A stretch of 64,000 nucleotides of DNA from Chiloscyllium plagiosum (lineage: Eukaryota): contig NC_057758.1 in the NCBI RefSeq assembly GCF_004010195.1, forward strand, positions 2,046,029-2,110,028. The letters are read 5' to 3'. Positions within the stretch are counted from its first letter, which is position 1. Every line of letters begins with the position of its first letter. The notes under the pieces were generated by a model. The model worked only from the letters and a program-made list of their open reading frames with translations. It ran no database searches and was not told the origin of the DNA. Position numbers and translations under genes: made by a program. Positions 25,220 to 38,400 of this stretch are shown here, one piece after another.

Positions 25220-27957
25220 AAGTGTGTTTGCTTTAATGCAATGAGTATTAGGAATAAAAGTGATGAGCTTAGAGCATGGATCAGTACCTGGTGCCAAGAT
25301 GTTGTGGCCATAACAGAGACGTAGGTTTCTCAGGCCAGGAATGGTTGCTGGATGTCCCAGGGTTTAGAACATTTAAAAAGAATGGGGATGGGGGAAAAAG
25401 AGGAGGCGGTGTTGCACTGCTAATCAGAGAATGTATCACAGTTACAGAAGTTACCATTGTCGAGGAGCGTCTGCCTACTGAGTCAGTATGGGTGGAAATT
25501 AGGAACAGTAAGGGAGCAGTCACCTCATTAGGGGTTTACTACAGGCCTCCCAATAGCAGCAGGGAGATTGAAGAAAGTATTGGTCGGCAGATTTTGGAAA
25601 AGTGTGAATGTAGTAGGGTTGTTGAAATGGGTGACTTTAACTTTCCCAATATTGATTGGAACCTCCTTCGAGCAGATGGTTTGGAAGGAGCTGCTTTGTA
25701 AGGTGTCTTCAGGAGGGTTTCCTAACTCAGTACGTTGACAGGCCGACGAGGGGAGAGGCCATTTCGGATTTAGGATTTCGGGGCAGGTGTCAGATCTTGC
25801 AGTGGGAATACAGTTTGGTGATAGTGACCACAACTGCCTCACATTCTACATAGCCATGGAGAAGGAGAGAAGCAGGCAAAATGGGAGGATATTTAATTGG
25901 GGAAAAGGAAACTATGATACTATCAGACGTGCGTTGGGAAGCATGGACTGGGAGCAATTGTTCCACAGACATGTGGAGACTGTTTAAGGAACAGTTGTTG
26001 CGAGTGATGCACAGATGTGTTCCTCTGAGACAGGCAAGAAGGGGTAAGATAAATGAACCTTGGATGACGAGAGTGGAGGAACTTCTCATCAAAAGAAAGA
26101 AGGCAGCTTACGTAAAGTGGAGGAAACAAGGGTCATGTTCAGCTCTAGAGGATTGCAGGCAGGCGAGGAAAGAGCTCAAACATGGTCCGAGGAGAGCCAG
26201 GAGGGTGCACGAAAAAGGCTTGGCAGGAAGGATTAGGGAAAATCCAAAGGCATTTTACACGTATGTGAGGAATAAGAGAATGATCAAAAGAAGAGTAGGG
26301 TCGATCATGGATAGCATAGGGAAATTCTGTATAGAGTCTGAGGAGGTAAAGGGAAGCCCTAAATGAGTTTTTTTCTTCTGCCTTTACTAAAGAAAAGGAC
26401 CTTGTAGTTAATGAAACCATTGATGTGCAGGTAAGTATGTTGGAACAGATAAGATTGAGGAAGCTGATGTGTTGAAAATTTTGACAAATATTAAGATTAA
26501 CAAGTCGCCAGGGCCAGACCAGATTTGTCCTCAGCTGCTTTGGGAAATGAGAAAGGTGATTGCTTCGCCGCTTGCGAAGATCTTTGCATCCTCACTCTCC
26601 ACCGGATTCGTACCTGAGGACTGGAGGGAGGCAAATGCAATTGCTCTCTTCAAGAAAGGAAATAGGGAAATCCCCAGCAATTACACACCAGTCAGTCTCA
26701 CGTCTGTCGTCTGCAAGGTGTTAGAAAGGACTCTGATGGATAAGTTTTATGACCATCTTGAAGAGCATGGCTTGATTAAAGGCAGTCAGCACGGCTTTGT
26801 GAGGGGCAGTTCATGCCTCACAAATCTTATTGAGTTCTTTGAGGATGTTACTAGTCAAGTTGATGAAGGTCGAGCGGTGGATGTTGTGTATATGAAATTC
26901 AGTAAGGCATCTAATAAGGTTCCCCATGGTAGGCTCGTTCAGAATGTCAAGAGGAATGGGATACAGGGAAATTTAGCTGTCTGGGTACAGAACTGGCTGG
27001 TCGACAGAAGACAGCGAGTGGTAGTGGAAGGAAAGTATTCTGCCTGGAAGTCAGTGGTGATTGGTGTTCCACAGGGTTCTGTTCGTGGGCCTCTACTATA
27101 TGTAATTTTTATTAATGACTTGGATAAGGAGATTGAAGGATGGGTTAGCAAGTTTGCAGACGACACAAAGGTTGGAGGTGTCGTTGACAATATAGAGGAC
27201 TGTTGTAGGCTGCGGCGTGACGTTGGCAGGATGCAGAGATGGGCTGAGAGGTGGCTGTTGGAGTTCAACCTGGATAAATGCGAAGTGACGCATTTTGGTG
27301 GGTCGAACTTGGAAGTTGAGTACAGGATTAAAGACAAGATTCTTGGCAGTGTGGAGGAACAGCGGGATCTGCAGGTGCATAGAACCCTTAAAAGTACCAA
27401 CCAGGTGGACATGGCTGTTAAGAAAGTATACAGTGTTTTGACTTTCATTAACAGGGGGATAGAGTTTAAGAGCCGTGAAATCTTGTTGCAGCTCTATAAA
27501 TCTTTGGTTAGACCGCACTTCGAATACTGTGTCCAGTTCTGGTCACCCTATTATAGGAATGATGAGGATGCTTTGGAGAGGATACAGAGGAGGTTTACCA
27601 GGATGCTGCATGGAATGGAAGGCTTATCTTACGAAGATAAGCCCTCCATTGACTGAGCTCGGACTTTTTTCATTGGACAAAAGAAGGAAGAGAGGGGACC
27701 TAATTGAGATGTACAAAATAATGAGAGGCATAGATAGAGTTGATAGCCAGAAACTTTTTCCCAGGCCAGAAATTGCTAACACGAGGGGTCGTAGTTTTAA
27801 GCTGTTTGGCGGAAAGTATAGAGGGGATGTCAGAGGCGGGTTCATTACGCAGAGTGTTGTGAGAGCGTGGAATGCGTTGCCACCAGCAGTTGTGGAAGCG
27901 AGGTCATTGGGAATACTTAAGAGACTGCTGGACATGCATATGATCACAGACATTTGA
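25220..27957 (+). pseudogene. CR1 ORF2: APE endonuclease and reverse transcriptase, disrupted
   Basis: GGGVALL, YYRPPN, MGDFNFP, SDHN (APE); KSPGPD, QHGF, GVPQGSV, FADDTK (RT). The 395-aa open segment 26469-27656 has YMKFSKASNK where the consensus is [10 protein letters not shown], so a catalytic Asp is lost. Confidence 0.92.
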
Positions 27958-28119
27958 GAGTTCGTACGTTAGGTTCAGCTCACATGAGGATCAATGATCA
28001 GCACAACATCGTGGGCTGAAGGGCATGTTCTGTGCTGTCTTGTTCTATGTTCTATTCCCTGTCATGAAATAAGAGAGACTGCAAAGTCTGAGAGACAGAG
28101 AACCAGTTATATGACTGTT

Positions 28120-29940
28120 TCATAGTTTCATAGTAATAGAAGCACGAAGAGACCATTTTGTCCGTGGACACTGCTGCATTAGGATTCTGGTTGATCTGTC
28201 CATCGTCTGAATTCCTCCGAACTGCACTATCCATGGAACACTTAATTCCGCTACCATGCAAACGCACCCCGAAATGTGTTTTGATTAAATTTAATGAAGC
28301 TGCCTCTTCTGCTTTTTTGGACAGAGAATTATATAGATTGACAACTCTCCCAGAAAAGCAAATCCTCCTCATCTCTGTCCTAAATCTACTATCGCTCATC
28401 TTGAGGTCGTGTCGCCTCATCCTAATCTCACTTACCAGCAGAAATAACTTGTCTGCCTCTATTGGATCTCAATTTTTCATTGCTGCATTTGTTTCTATAA
28501 GATCCCTTCTCATTCTTTTACATTCTCGCGAGTACAGAACGAGGCGACTCAACCTCTACTAATGGGGGATGGCCTTCATCTGCAGACCCAACCTGACGAA
28601 CCTCCACTGCGCCGCCTCCAAAACTAGCATTTCCTTCCTCAGGTAATGAGACCCGAACAATACTCCAGGTGCGGTTTCCCAAACAAGTTTTATAACTGCA
28701 ATAGTACCTCCCTGCTCTTAAATTAAATCCCTCCAGCAATGAAAGCCAGTATTCTGTTTGCCTTCCTTTTTACCTGTTGCACCAAAAATCATTTTTTAGC
28801 GATTCACATACGAACCCTCCAAAGGCCTTCTGCACATCAGCATGCGGCAATCTTTCATGATTTAAATATTACTCTGAACTACTATGTTTACTTCGAATGT
28901 GGATAACCTCATATTTAAAAACATTGTACTCCATCTGCCAGAGCCTTATCCACTCACTTAATCTCTCTGCAGACCCTCCACATCCTCTGCCCAATTTGCC
29001 TTTCCGCTCAATTTAGTGTCAAAAGCTAACTTCGATATGAAACACTCGACCTGTTTTTCCAAATCATTTGTATATGTACATCTGGAACAGTTGCAGAACC
29101 TAAATTGACACCTGCAGCACCTCGTTCACCATTAACCTACAACCAGAGAAACACACATTTATGCCAAGGTTCTGCTTTGTATTGTTGAACCAATCTTTAT
29201 CCATTCTCGCATAATCCACGCAACTCAATGCATTATTAGCTGATGGATGATTATTTTATGCAGCACCTTATTGAACGTCTTCTGGAAATTCAGGAGTATG
29301 ACATGAATCTGTTCCCCTCCATCCACCACGCTTTGTACCATCCTCAAAGAACTGCAGTAAGTTTTAGCAAACATGGCTTTCCCTTCTTGAATCCATGTCG
29401 CATCTGCCAAATGGAACCCTTTCCATTCACATATCTCATATTTCTTGTTTCATCAGAGCCTCCCACATTTTACTGAGTACAGATTTTCAGCTAAATGGCC
29501 TATGTTTGACGGCCTTTTCCCTGCCCCCTTTTTTAAATAACAGCGTGACATTTGCTGTCTTCCAGTCCAAGTGGACCAGCATGGAGTACAGTGAATATTG
29601 TTAGTTTAACACTAATGCATCTACTGCAATTTCCGCCATGTCTTTCAGCCTCCTGGGATGCATCCATCAGGACCAGATGACTTATCAAACTTTAGACCTT
29701 CAAGTTTGCATAATGCTACCCGTTTAGTTATGACAATTGAACTGAGATCCTCAACTCCGATCATATACCTAAAATCATTCTTTTACCTTTAAGGCACATC
29801 TTTCACTGTGAACACTGGCACAAAATCGTTATTTCAGCATCACCTATTATTAATTCCCGATACTCAGCCTGCAACGGAGCTACGCTCATTTTAGCCACCC
29901 TAATCCTTTTAAATACTTAGAAAAACTGTTCCTACCTGTT
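28120..29940 (-). mobile_element. Heavily decayed CR1 (RT to 3' end)
   Basis: LLNFQKTFNKVLH (ORF 29225-29410) and RRHDLKM..SRFRTEMRRI.FS.RVVNLYNSL (ORF 28052-28420). Confidence 0.75.
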
Positions 29941-30243
29941 TTTCTGTTTGTGTGATGGTTAACTCTGAGGCTGGGAAATAAGCAATGGAAGAATATATGC
30001 AGCTAGAGGCTTTAATATCTGTTCAGTTGAAACTTGATTGACGTGTGTCAACGTGTTTTACGTTGACACACTGAAAACGTACTGATAAATGACAATTGCA
30101 TTTTAAGAGGTAAACTGTGTTTCGTGGTGTCATCCAGGATTCATGAGTTTGAAACTGGCAATAACAAGAGAAGAAACAGCTGTAAAGGAATGGCTACTGT
30201 TTACATTAAAGCAGTAGACTGGAAGGAGAAATGGGAGATAAGT

Positions 30244-30566
30244 TTAGATTTTTTTTTTAGATTACATTACAGTGTGGAAACAGGCCCTTCGGCCCAACAA
30301 GTCCACACCGCCCCGCCGAAGCGCAACCCACCCATACCCCTACATTTACCCCTTACCTAACACTACGGGCAATTTAGCATGGCCAATTCACCTGACCTGC
30401 ACATCTTTGGACTGTGGGAGGAAACCGGAGCACCCGGAGGAAACCCACGCAGACACGGGGAGAACGTGCAAACTCCACACAGTCAGTCGCCTGAAGCGGG
30501 AATTGAACCCGGGTCTCTGGCGCTGCGAGGCAGCAGTGCTAACCACTGTGCCACCGTGCCGCCCAC
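30244..30566 (-). mobile_element. Full-length, young HE1-type tRNA-derived V-SINE
   Basis: Minus strand has A box TGGCACAGTGG, B box GGTTCAATTCCC, V-domain gtgtggagtttgcacgttctccccgtgtctgcgtgggtttcctccgg, LINE-derived gggccgaagggcctg and a taatct-type tail. Possible TSD aagtt. Confidence 0.92.
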
Positions 30567-30782
30567 AAAGTTGATTAAAAGAATTTGGAAGTGGAGAGCT
30601 GTAAACACCATTGCTAGCATATCGTGGAAGGAGGCAAATAAAGTTCCCAACAAAATACCATGGCTCCTTTTTTCTACCGCTCAAAAGTAATTATCCTCAC
30701 ATTTCCCAAGACCATCCTCTGTCAATTACTTTCTCACCCCCACACACTGAAACTGTGTTAACTCTCAACATCTTGTCAAGCT

Positions 30783-31101
30783 GACACCAATTGTTACAGT
30801 TAACCCGGGAATGTAACTTTTAAAAAAGCTTTGTGATTTACATGTGAAAGAAGTGAAAATATCATGGTCATTCCAACAGATGAGAGATTCAACCAACAAT
30901 CAAGGTATTTTTAAATGTATAATTTCAGTTACATTACACTAAATTTTTGTAATGAATTCTGTGTCTTACAATTGGGTCCTCCACAACCACCTGATGAAGG
31001 AGCGGCATTCCGAAAGCTAGTGCTTCCAATTAAACCTGTTACTATAACCTGGTGTTGTGTGATTTTTAACTTTGTACACCCCAGTCCAACACCGGCATCT
31101 C
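30783..31101 (+). mobile_element. Penelope-like pLTR, family B
   Basis: Ends ...aaacctgttactataacctggtgttgtgtgatttttaactttgtacaccccagtccaacaccggcatctc. Homologs at 16675 and 58370-58545. Carries a hammerhead motif. Confidence 0.7.
30988..31022 (+). ncRNA. Minimal hammerhead ribozyme motif (PLE family B), all core nucleotides intact
   Basis: cac-CTGATGA-a-GGAG(cggca)TTCC-GAAA-gc-TA-gtg. Stem I cac/gtg, 4-bp stem II, palindromic AGCT stem III. Predicted cleavage after 31019. Confidence 0.78.
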
Positions 31102-31689
31102 CGACCAAAATAAAAATAACGTTCGATAATTTTGTCAAAAAACACGGGAACGTTGAAAATTTGCGGTCAATTGAAATTGGGCTTTATAAAGATAAGTTTT
31201 CCCCATGGATCCTGGTGACTCGCCCTTGACAGCTGCGATATTAAAGAGGTAGGTTTGCAAATGTGCATGAGTTGAGTTTGCAAATTATAAATGTGCAGAT
31301 GTCGTTTTATACAAGTGTTGATAAAAAGGAAGGCTGTGACAATTTGGAGCCAGAGATTGACAGAACATGAAATTAATAAACCCCAATAATTTTGAAATTC
31401 CTGGACTGTATTCACGAGTGTTTTGAGAAATATTGCGACGGGGAAGGAACCTCGTAGAAATTTATAAAATTCGAACAGGACTGGATAGTATAAGCAGGAT
31501 AGGAATCTCACGAAAAGTAGCGATTCCAGCCGGTCACTGTCTAAGCATCTAGTGTTGGATGGAAATGAGGAAAACGTCTTCAGCTCGGGAATGTTGAGTC
31601 TGTGGACTTGTTTTCAAGAGAAAGAGTTTGAGACTAAAATACAGACTGTTTTCAGGATGGAGTTACATAAAGTTGCAAGGACTTAAGGG

Positions 31690-31832
31690 AGTCGAGAGTG
31701 TGGTGCTGGAAAAGCACATCAGGTCAGGCAGCATCTGAGAAGCAGGATAATCGATGTCTTGGGCATAAGCCTTTCAACATGAATCTGTCGAAGGAAATAT
31801 GCCCGAAATGGCGATTCTCCTGCTTCCCAGAT
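31690..31832. mobile_element. Head-to-head inverted pair of decayed family A pLTR ends
   Basis: atctgagaagcaggataatcgat...gggcata and tatgccc...cgattctcctgcttcccagat are mutually reverse complementary. Confidence 0.65.
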
Positions 31833-32114
31833 AAAATAAAAATAACGTTCGATGATAGTCCACGTGAGAGCTGGATGCAACCTTTTTGCAGTGACAACTA
31901 GATCCAATCACACTTCAGTGTGAGGTTGAACAAGTATACTCCCATCCTTCACATGTTTATTCCAGACTGAAACATCGACATGGAGAAACTTAGAGCAAGA
32001 CGAGACCAATCGGTCCTTCAAGCCAGCTCCACCATCCAGCTTGATCATGGTTAATCATTCAATCAACCTTCAGTTTCAGCTTTATCTTTATAGGCTTTCA
32101 CCCCTTCAGTCCAA

Positions 32115-32272
32115 GGAGATAGTGAGGACTGCACAGGTTGGAGATCAGAGTCGAAAGTGTGAGGCTGAAAAAACACCACATGGCAGGCAGCATCTGAGAA
32201 GCAGGAGAATCGATGTCTTGGGCATAAGCCTTTCATCATGAATCTGTCGAAGGAAATATGCCCGAAATGGCG
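32115..32272. mobile_element. Second copy of the same inverted family A pLTR junction
   Basis: Shares the junction catgaatctgtcgaaggaaatatgcccgaaatggcg with 31778-31813. Confidence 0.65.
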
Positions 32273-32275
32273 TAT

Positions 32276-32352
32276 TTCGGCGGGTCGGTGTGGACTTGTT
32301 GGGCCGAAGGGCCTGTTTCCACACTGTAATGTAATGTAATCTAATCTAATCT
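32276..32352 (+). mobile_element. 5'-truncated HE1 SINE (3' end only)
   Basis: ttcggcgggtcggtgtggacttgttgggccgaagggcctgtttccacactgtaatg(taatc)n matches the 3' end of the SINE at 30244-30566. Confidence 0.85.
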
Positions 32353-35300
32353 GAATAGAAGAGCAGTAGTCATTGGGGACTCGATAGTTAGGGGGACAGA
32401 TAGGAGGTTCTGTGGGGACGAGAGAGACTCACGGTTGATGTATTGCCTGCCGGGTGCCAGGGTTCATGATGTCGCTGATCGCGTTTTTGGGATCCTTCGG
32501 CGGGAGGGAGAGCAGCCCCAAGTCGTAGTCCACATTGGCAGCAACGCCATAGGTCGGAAGAGAGATGGGAACTTGAGGCAGAAATTCAGGGATCTAGGAT
32601 GGAAGCTTAGAGCTATGACAAACAGAGTTGTTTTCTCTGGTTTGCTGCCTGTGCTACGTGCTAGTGAGGTGAGGAATAGGGAGAGAAAGGAATTCAACAC
32701 GTGGCTACAGGGATGGTGCAGGAGGGAGGATTTCGGGATTTTGGATAATTGGAGCTCTTTCTGGGGTAGGTGGGATCTCTACAAGCAGGATGGTCTTCAT
32801 CTAAACCAGAGGGGTACCAATATCCTGGGTGGGAAATTCGCTAAAGCTATTAAGGTGGATTTAAAATAATACAGCAGGGGGATGGGAACCAAAAGACAGG
32901 TACAGAAGCGGATGAGTGTAGGGAGTTCCAAAATCAAGTATCTGACACTGGCAATCGAGAACCTGGATTTAGGTTTGTGTACTTCAGCGCGAGGAGCATC
33001 CGAAATAAAGTCAGTGAACTAGCAGCGTGGGTTGGTACCTTGGACTTCGATGTTGTGGCCATTACGGAGACATGGATAGAGCAGGGACGGGAATGGATGT
33101 TGCAGGTGCCGGGATTCAGATGTTTAGTAAGAACAGAGAAGATGGTAAAAGAAGTGGAGGTATGGCATTGTTGATCAGGGACAATATTACAGTTGTAGAA
33201 AGGATGTTTGGGGACTCGTTAACTGAGGTAGCATGGGCCGAGGTTAGAAACAGGAAAGGAGAAGTCACCATGCTGGGAGTTTTCTATAGGCCTCCGAATC
33301 GTCCCAGAGATGTAGTGGAAAGAACAGCAAAGATGATTCTCGATAGGAGTGAGAGAGGCAGGGTAGTTGTCATGGGGGACGTCAACTAACTAAATATTGA
33401 CTGGGATCACTACAGTACGAGTACTATAGATGGGTCAGTTTTTGTCCAGTGTGTGCAGGAGGGTTTCCTGACACAGTATGTAGACAGGCCTACAAGGGGC
33501 GAAGCCACTTTAGATTTAGTACTGGGTAAAGAGACTGGCCACGTGTTAGGTGAGCACTTTGGAGACAGCGATCACAATTCTGTCAGATTTACTTTAGTGA
33601 TGGAAAGGGATAGGTGTACTCCACCGAACAAGACTTACAGCTGGGGGAAGGGAAATTATGATGCAATTAGGAAAGATTTAGGAAGCATAGAATGGGGAAA
33701 CTGCAGGGGATGAGCACATTAAAAATGTGGAGCTTATTCAAGGAAAAGGTCCTGTGTGTCCTAGGTATGTATATACTTGTCAGGCAGGGGGGAAGATATT
33801 GAACGCGTGAACCGTGCTTTAATAAGGAAGTGGAATCCCTGGTCAAGAAGATGAAGAAGGCTTATTGTAGGACAAAATGAGAACACTCAGTTAGGCGCTT
33901 GTGGGTTACAAGGAAATCAGGAAAGACCTAAAAAGAGAGCTCAGAAGAACCAGGAGGAGACATGAGAAGTTGTTGGCGGATAGGATCAGGGTTATCCCTA
34001 AGGCTTTCCATAGGTATGTCAGGAATAAAAGAATGACGAGAGTTAAATTATGCCAATCAAGGGTAATAGTGGAAAGTTGTGTGTGGAGTCAGAGGAAGCA
34101 CTAAATAAATATTTTTCGACAGCGTTCACTATAGAAAATGAAAATGTTGGCGAGGAAGATACAGAGATATTTGCATCTAGAGTTGAAAAGATTGAGGTTC
34201 ACAAGGAAGAGGTATTAGAAATACTGCAGAGTGTGAAAATAGACAAGTCCCCTCGGCCAGGTGGGATCTATTCTTGGACCCTCTGGGAAGCAAGGGAAGA
34301 GATTGCCGAGCTTTTGGCAGTGATCTTCAAATCATCATTGTCTACAGGAACAGTGCCTGTGGAATGGAGGACAGCAAATGTGGTTCCCTTGTTCAAAAAG
34401 GGTAGTAGAGAAAACCCTGGTAATTACAGACCAGTGAGTCTCACTTCACTTGTGGGTAAAGTGTTGGAAAAGGTTATAAGAGATAGGATTTATAACCATC
34501 GAGAAAATAATAATCTGATCAGGGACAGTCAGCACAATTTTGTGAAGGGTAGGTCGTGCCTAACGAATCTTATTGACTTTTTTGACAAAGTGACCAAACA
34601 GGTGGATGAGAGTAAACCGGTTGATGTGGTGCATATGAATTCCCGCAAGGCGTTCGATAAGGTTCCCCACAGTAGGCTATTATACAAAATGCAGAGGAAG
34701 GGGATTGTGGGAGACATAGCAGTTTGGATCAGTAATTGGCTTGCTGGAAGAAAACAGAGGGTTGTAGTTGATGGAACATGTTCATCCTGGTGTCCAGTTA
34801 CTAGCAGCGTACCGCAAGGGTCGATGTTGGTTGTAGGTCATTTTTATAAATGACCTGGATGAGGGCTTAGAAGGGTGGGTAAGTAAATTTTCGGACGACA
34901 CTAAGGTCGGTGGAGTTGTGGATAGTGACGAAGGATGTAGCAGGTTGCAGAGAGACATAGGTAGGATGCAGAGCTCGGCTGAGAGGTGGCAAATGGAGTT
35001 TAATGAGGACAAGTGTGAGGTGATACACTTTGGACGGAGTAATCGGAATGCAAACTACTGGGCTAATGGCAAGATTCTTGAGAGTGCAGATGAGCAGAGA
35101 GATCTCGGTGTCCATGTACACAGATCCCCGAAATTTGCCACCCAGATTGACAGGGTTGTTAAGAAGGATACAGTGTTTTTGCCTTTATTAATAGAGGGAT
35201 TGAGTTCCGCAACCAGGATGTTATGCTGCAGCTGTACAAAGCTCTGGTACGGCCACACTTGGAGTATTGTGTACAGTTCTGGTCACCGCATTTATAAGAA

Positions 35301-35447
35301 GGATGTGAAAGCTTTGGAAAGGCTGCAGAGGAGATTTACTAGGATGTTGCCTGGTATGGAAGGAATGTCTTACGAGGAAAGACTAGGGGTCTTGAGGCTG
35401 TTCTCGTTAGTGAGAAGAAGGTTGAGAGGTGACTCAATAGAGACATA
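32353..35447 (+). mobile_element. CR1 LINE, 5' part of host copy (ORF1 esterase, APE, RT), interrupted at 35447
   Basis: YCLPGARV...HIGSN...[33 protein letters not shown]; ends ...RRRLRGDSIET. Confidence 0.93.
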
Positions 35448-38400
35448 AAACATAGAACATAGAACATAGAAGAATACAGCGCACTACTGGCCCTTCGGCT
35501 CTCAATGTTGCGCCGATCCAAGCCCACCAAACCTACACGAGCCCACTGTCCTCCATATGCCTATCCAATGCCCACTTAAATGCCCATAAAGAGGGAGTGT
35601 CCACCACTGCCACTGGAAGGGCATTCCATGAACTCACGACTCGCTGATTAAAGAACCTACCCCTAACATCTGTCCTTTCCCTACCACCCCTTAATTTAAA
35701 GCTATGCCACCTCGTAATTGCTGACTACATGCGTGGAAAAAGGATCTCACGGTCAACCCTATCTAAACCCCTAATCATCTTGTACACCTCTATCAAGTCA
35801 TCCCTAAACCTTCTTTTCTCCAATGAAAATAACCCCAAGTGCCTCAGCCTTTCCTCATACGATCTTCCTACCATACCAGGCAACATCCTGGTAAACCTCC
35901 TCTGCACCCGTTCCAGTGCCTCCACATCCTTCCGATAGTATGGCGACCAAAACTGCACACAATACTCCAGATGCGGCCGCACCAGAGACTTATACAACTG
36001 CAACTTGATCTCAGGATTCCGGAATTCAATTCCTCTACCAATAAAAGCCAGTACTCCATATGCCTTCTTCACCGCACTATTTAGGGTGGCAACTTTAAAA
36101 GATCTGTGAACATGGACACCAAGATCCCTCTGCTCATCCACACTACCAAGTATCCGACCATTAGCCCAGTACCCCATCTTTTTATTATTCTTACCAAAGT
36201 GAATCACCTCACACTTCCTTCCTCACTGTCAACAACTCCTCCGACTTTCGTATCATCCGCAAACTTGCTCACCCAACCTTCTAGCCCCTCCTCCAGGTCA
36301 TTGATAAAAATGACAAACAGCAATGGTCCCAAAACAGATCCTTGCGGAACACCGCTAGTAACGGCACTCCAAGATGAACCTTTACCATCAACTACTACCC
36401 TTTGTCTTCTTCCAGCCAGCCAATTCCTAATCCAAACCTCCAACTCACCCACAATGTCATACCTCCGTATTTTTTGAAGTAGCCTACCATGGGGAACCTT
36501 ATCAAACGCCTTACTAAAATCCATATACACCAGATGTACCGCTTTCCCCTCATCCACCTCCTTAGTCACCTTCTCAAAGAATTCAATAAGGTTTGCGAGG
36601 CACGACCTCCCCTTCACAAAACCATGCTGACGATCCTTGATCTCATTATTCCTATCCAGATGTTCATAAATCCTATCCCTTACAATTCTCTCTAAGTACA
36701 ATTCTCTCTAAGACTTTGCCCACAACAGAAGTGAGACTCACCAGCCAATAGTTACTAGGGTTATTCCTACTCCCCTTCTTGAACAAGTGAACCACATTTC
36801 TTAGCCTCCATTCTTCTGGCACTACTCCTGTAGACAACGAGGACATAAAATTCAAGGCCAATGGCTCTGCAATCTCCTCCCTTGCTTCCCAGAGAATCCT
36901 AGGATAAATGCCATCAGGCCCAGGGGTCTTATCTCTTTTCACCCTTTCCAGAATTTCCAACACCTACATACCTTAAAGCCATTAATTCTACTTAATTGTG
37001 ACTCAGTATTCACTTCGGCAACAATGTCCTGTTCCTGGGTGAATACTGATGAAAAGTATTTATTCAGTGTCTCCCCAATTTCTTCAGCCTCCACACGCAA
37101 CTTCCCACTACTATCCTTGACTGGACCTATTCCTACCCTAGTCATTCTTTTCTTCCTGACATACCTATAGAAAGCCTTAGGGTTTTCCCTAATCCTACCA
37201 ACTATGGAACTTTCATGTCCCCTCCTTGCTGCTCTTAGCTCTGTCTTCAGGTTCTTACTGGCTACCTTATAACTCTCAATCGCCCCAATTGAACCTTCAC
37301 GCCTCATCTTTACATAGTCCGCCCTCTTCCATTTAACAAGGGATTCCAATTCCTGATTAAACCACGGCTCGCTCACAGGAGCCTTTCCTCCCTGCCTAAG
37401 TAAGGTACATACTTATCAAGGACACTCAATAGTTGCTCCTTGAACAAGCTCCACATATCAATTACGCCCTTGCCTTGAAGCCGACTTTTCCAAGCCACGC
37501 ACCTAAGTCATGCCTCACCGCATCATAATTTCCCTGCCCCCAGCTATAACTCTTGCCCTGCAGTGCACACTTATCCCTCTCCATCACTAGAGTAAAAGTC
37601 AACGAATTGTGGTCACTGCCCCCAAAGTGCTCACCTACCTCTAATTCTAACACCTGCCCTGGTTCGTTACCCAGAACCAAATCCAGTATGGCCTCACCTC
37701 TTGTTGGCCTATCTACATATTGTGTCAGGAAACCCTCCTGCACACATTGGACAAACACTGACCCATCTAACGAACTAGAGCTATAGCTTTCCCAATTAAT
37801 AGCAGGAAAGTTAAAGTCCCCCATAACAACCACCCTATTACTTTCACTCTTCTCCTGAATCATCCTCGCAATCCTTTCTACGTTTCTAGGACTATTAGGA
37901 GGCCTGTAAAAATCTCCTAACAGGGTGAGCTCACCTTTCCTATTCCTAACCTCAGCCCAAACTACCTCAGATGGCGAGTCTTCATCCATCGTCCTTTCCA
38001 TCGCTGTAATACGATCTTTGACAAGCAATGCCACACCTCCCCCTCTTTTACCCCCACCTCTGACCCTACTAAAACATTTAAATCCTGGAACCTGCAACAG
38101 CCAATCCTGTCCCTGTTCTAGCCATGTCTCCGTAATAGCCACAACATCGAAGTCCCAGGTACCAACCCACGCTGCAAGTTCACCTACCTTATTTCGTATA
38201 CTTATTGCATTGAAGTATACACAGTTGAAGCCACTTTTCTGTTTACAGACACCCTCCTTTAAGATTGATGCCATGTTCCTAACCTCCCTACACTCCAGGT
38301 CATGCATCCTAAAGCTACATTCTAGGTTCCCATGCCCCTGCAGAGTTAGCTTAACCCCACCCCCCTCTTAACTCTGAGCTTCCAACCACCTCCCTGAAAG

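Larger units (their letters stand above)
24198..28055 (+). mobile_element. Near full-length, non-functional CR1-clade (HER1-like) LINE
   Basis: ORF1 (zinc finger, zipper, esterase), ORF2 (APE and RT), 3' stem gggctgaagggcatg and (gttctat)n tail, all collinear. Multiple stops and frameshifts. Confidence 0.95.

Noticed and set aside
26469..27656. 395-aa ORF as an active RT gene
   Set aside because: It is an internal piece of CR1 ORF2. The catalytic Asp motif is mutated (YMKFSKASNK) and flanking frames are broken.
30490..30566. tRNA gene
   Set aside because: The A and B boxes belong to the tRNA-derived head of the HE1 SINE, which continues into the V-domain and LINE-like tail.
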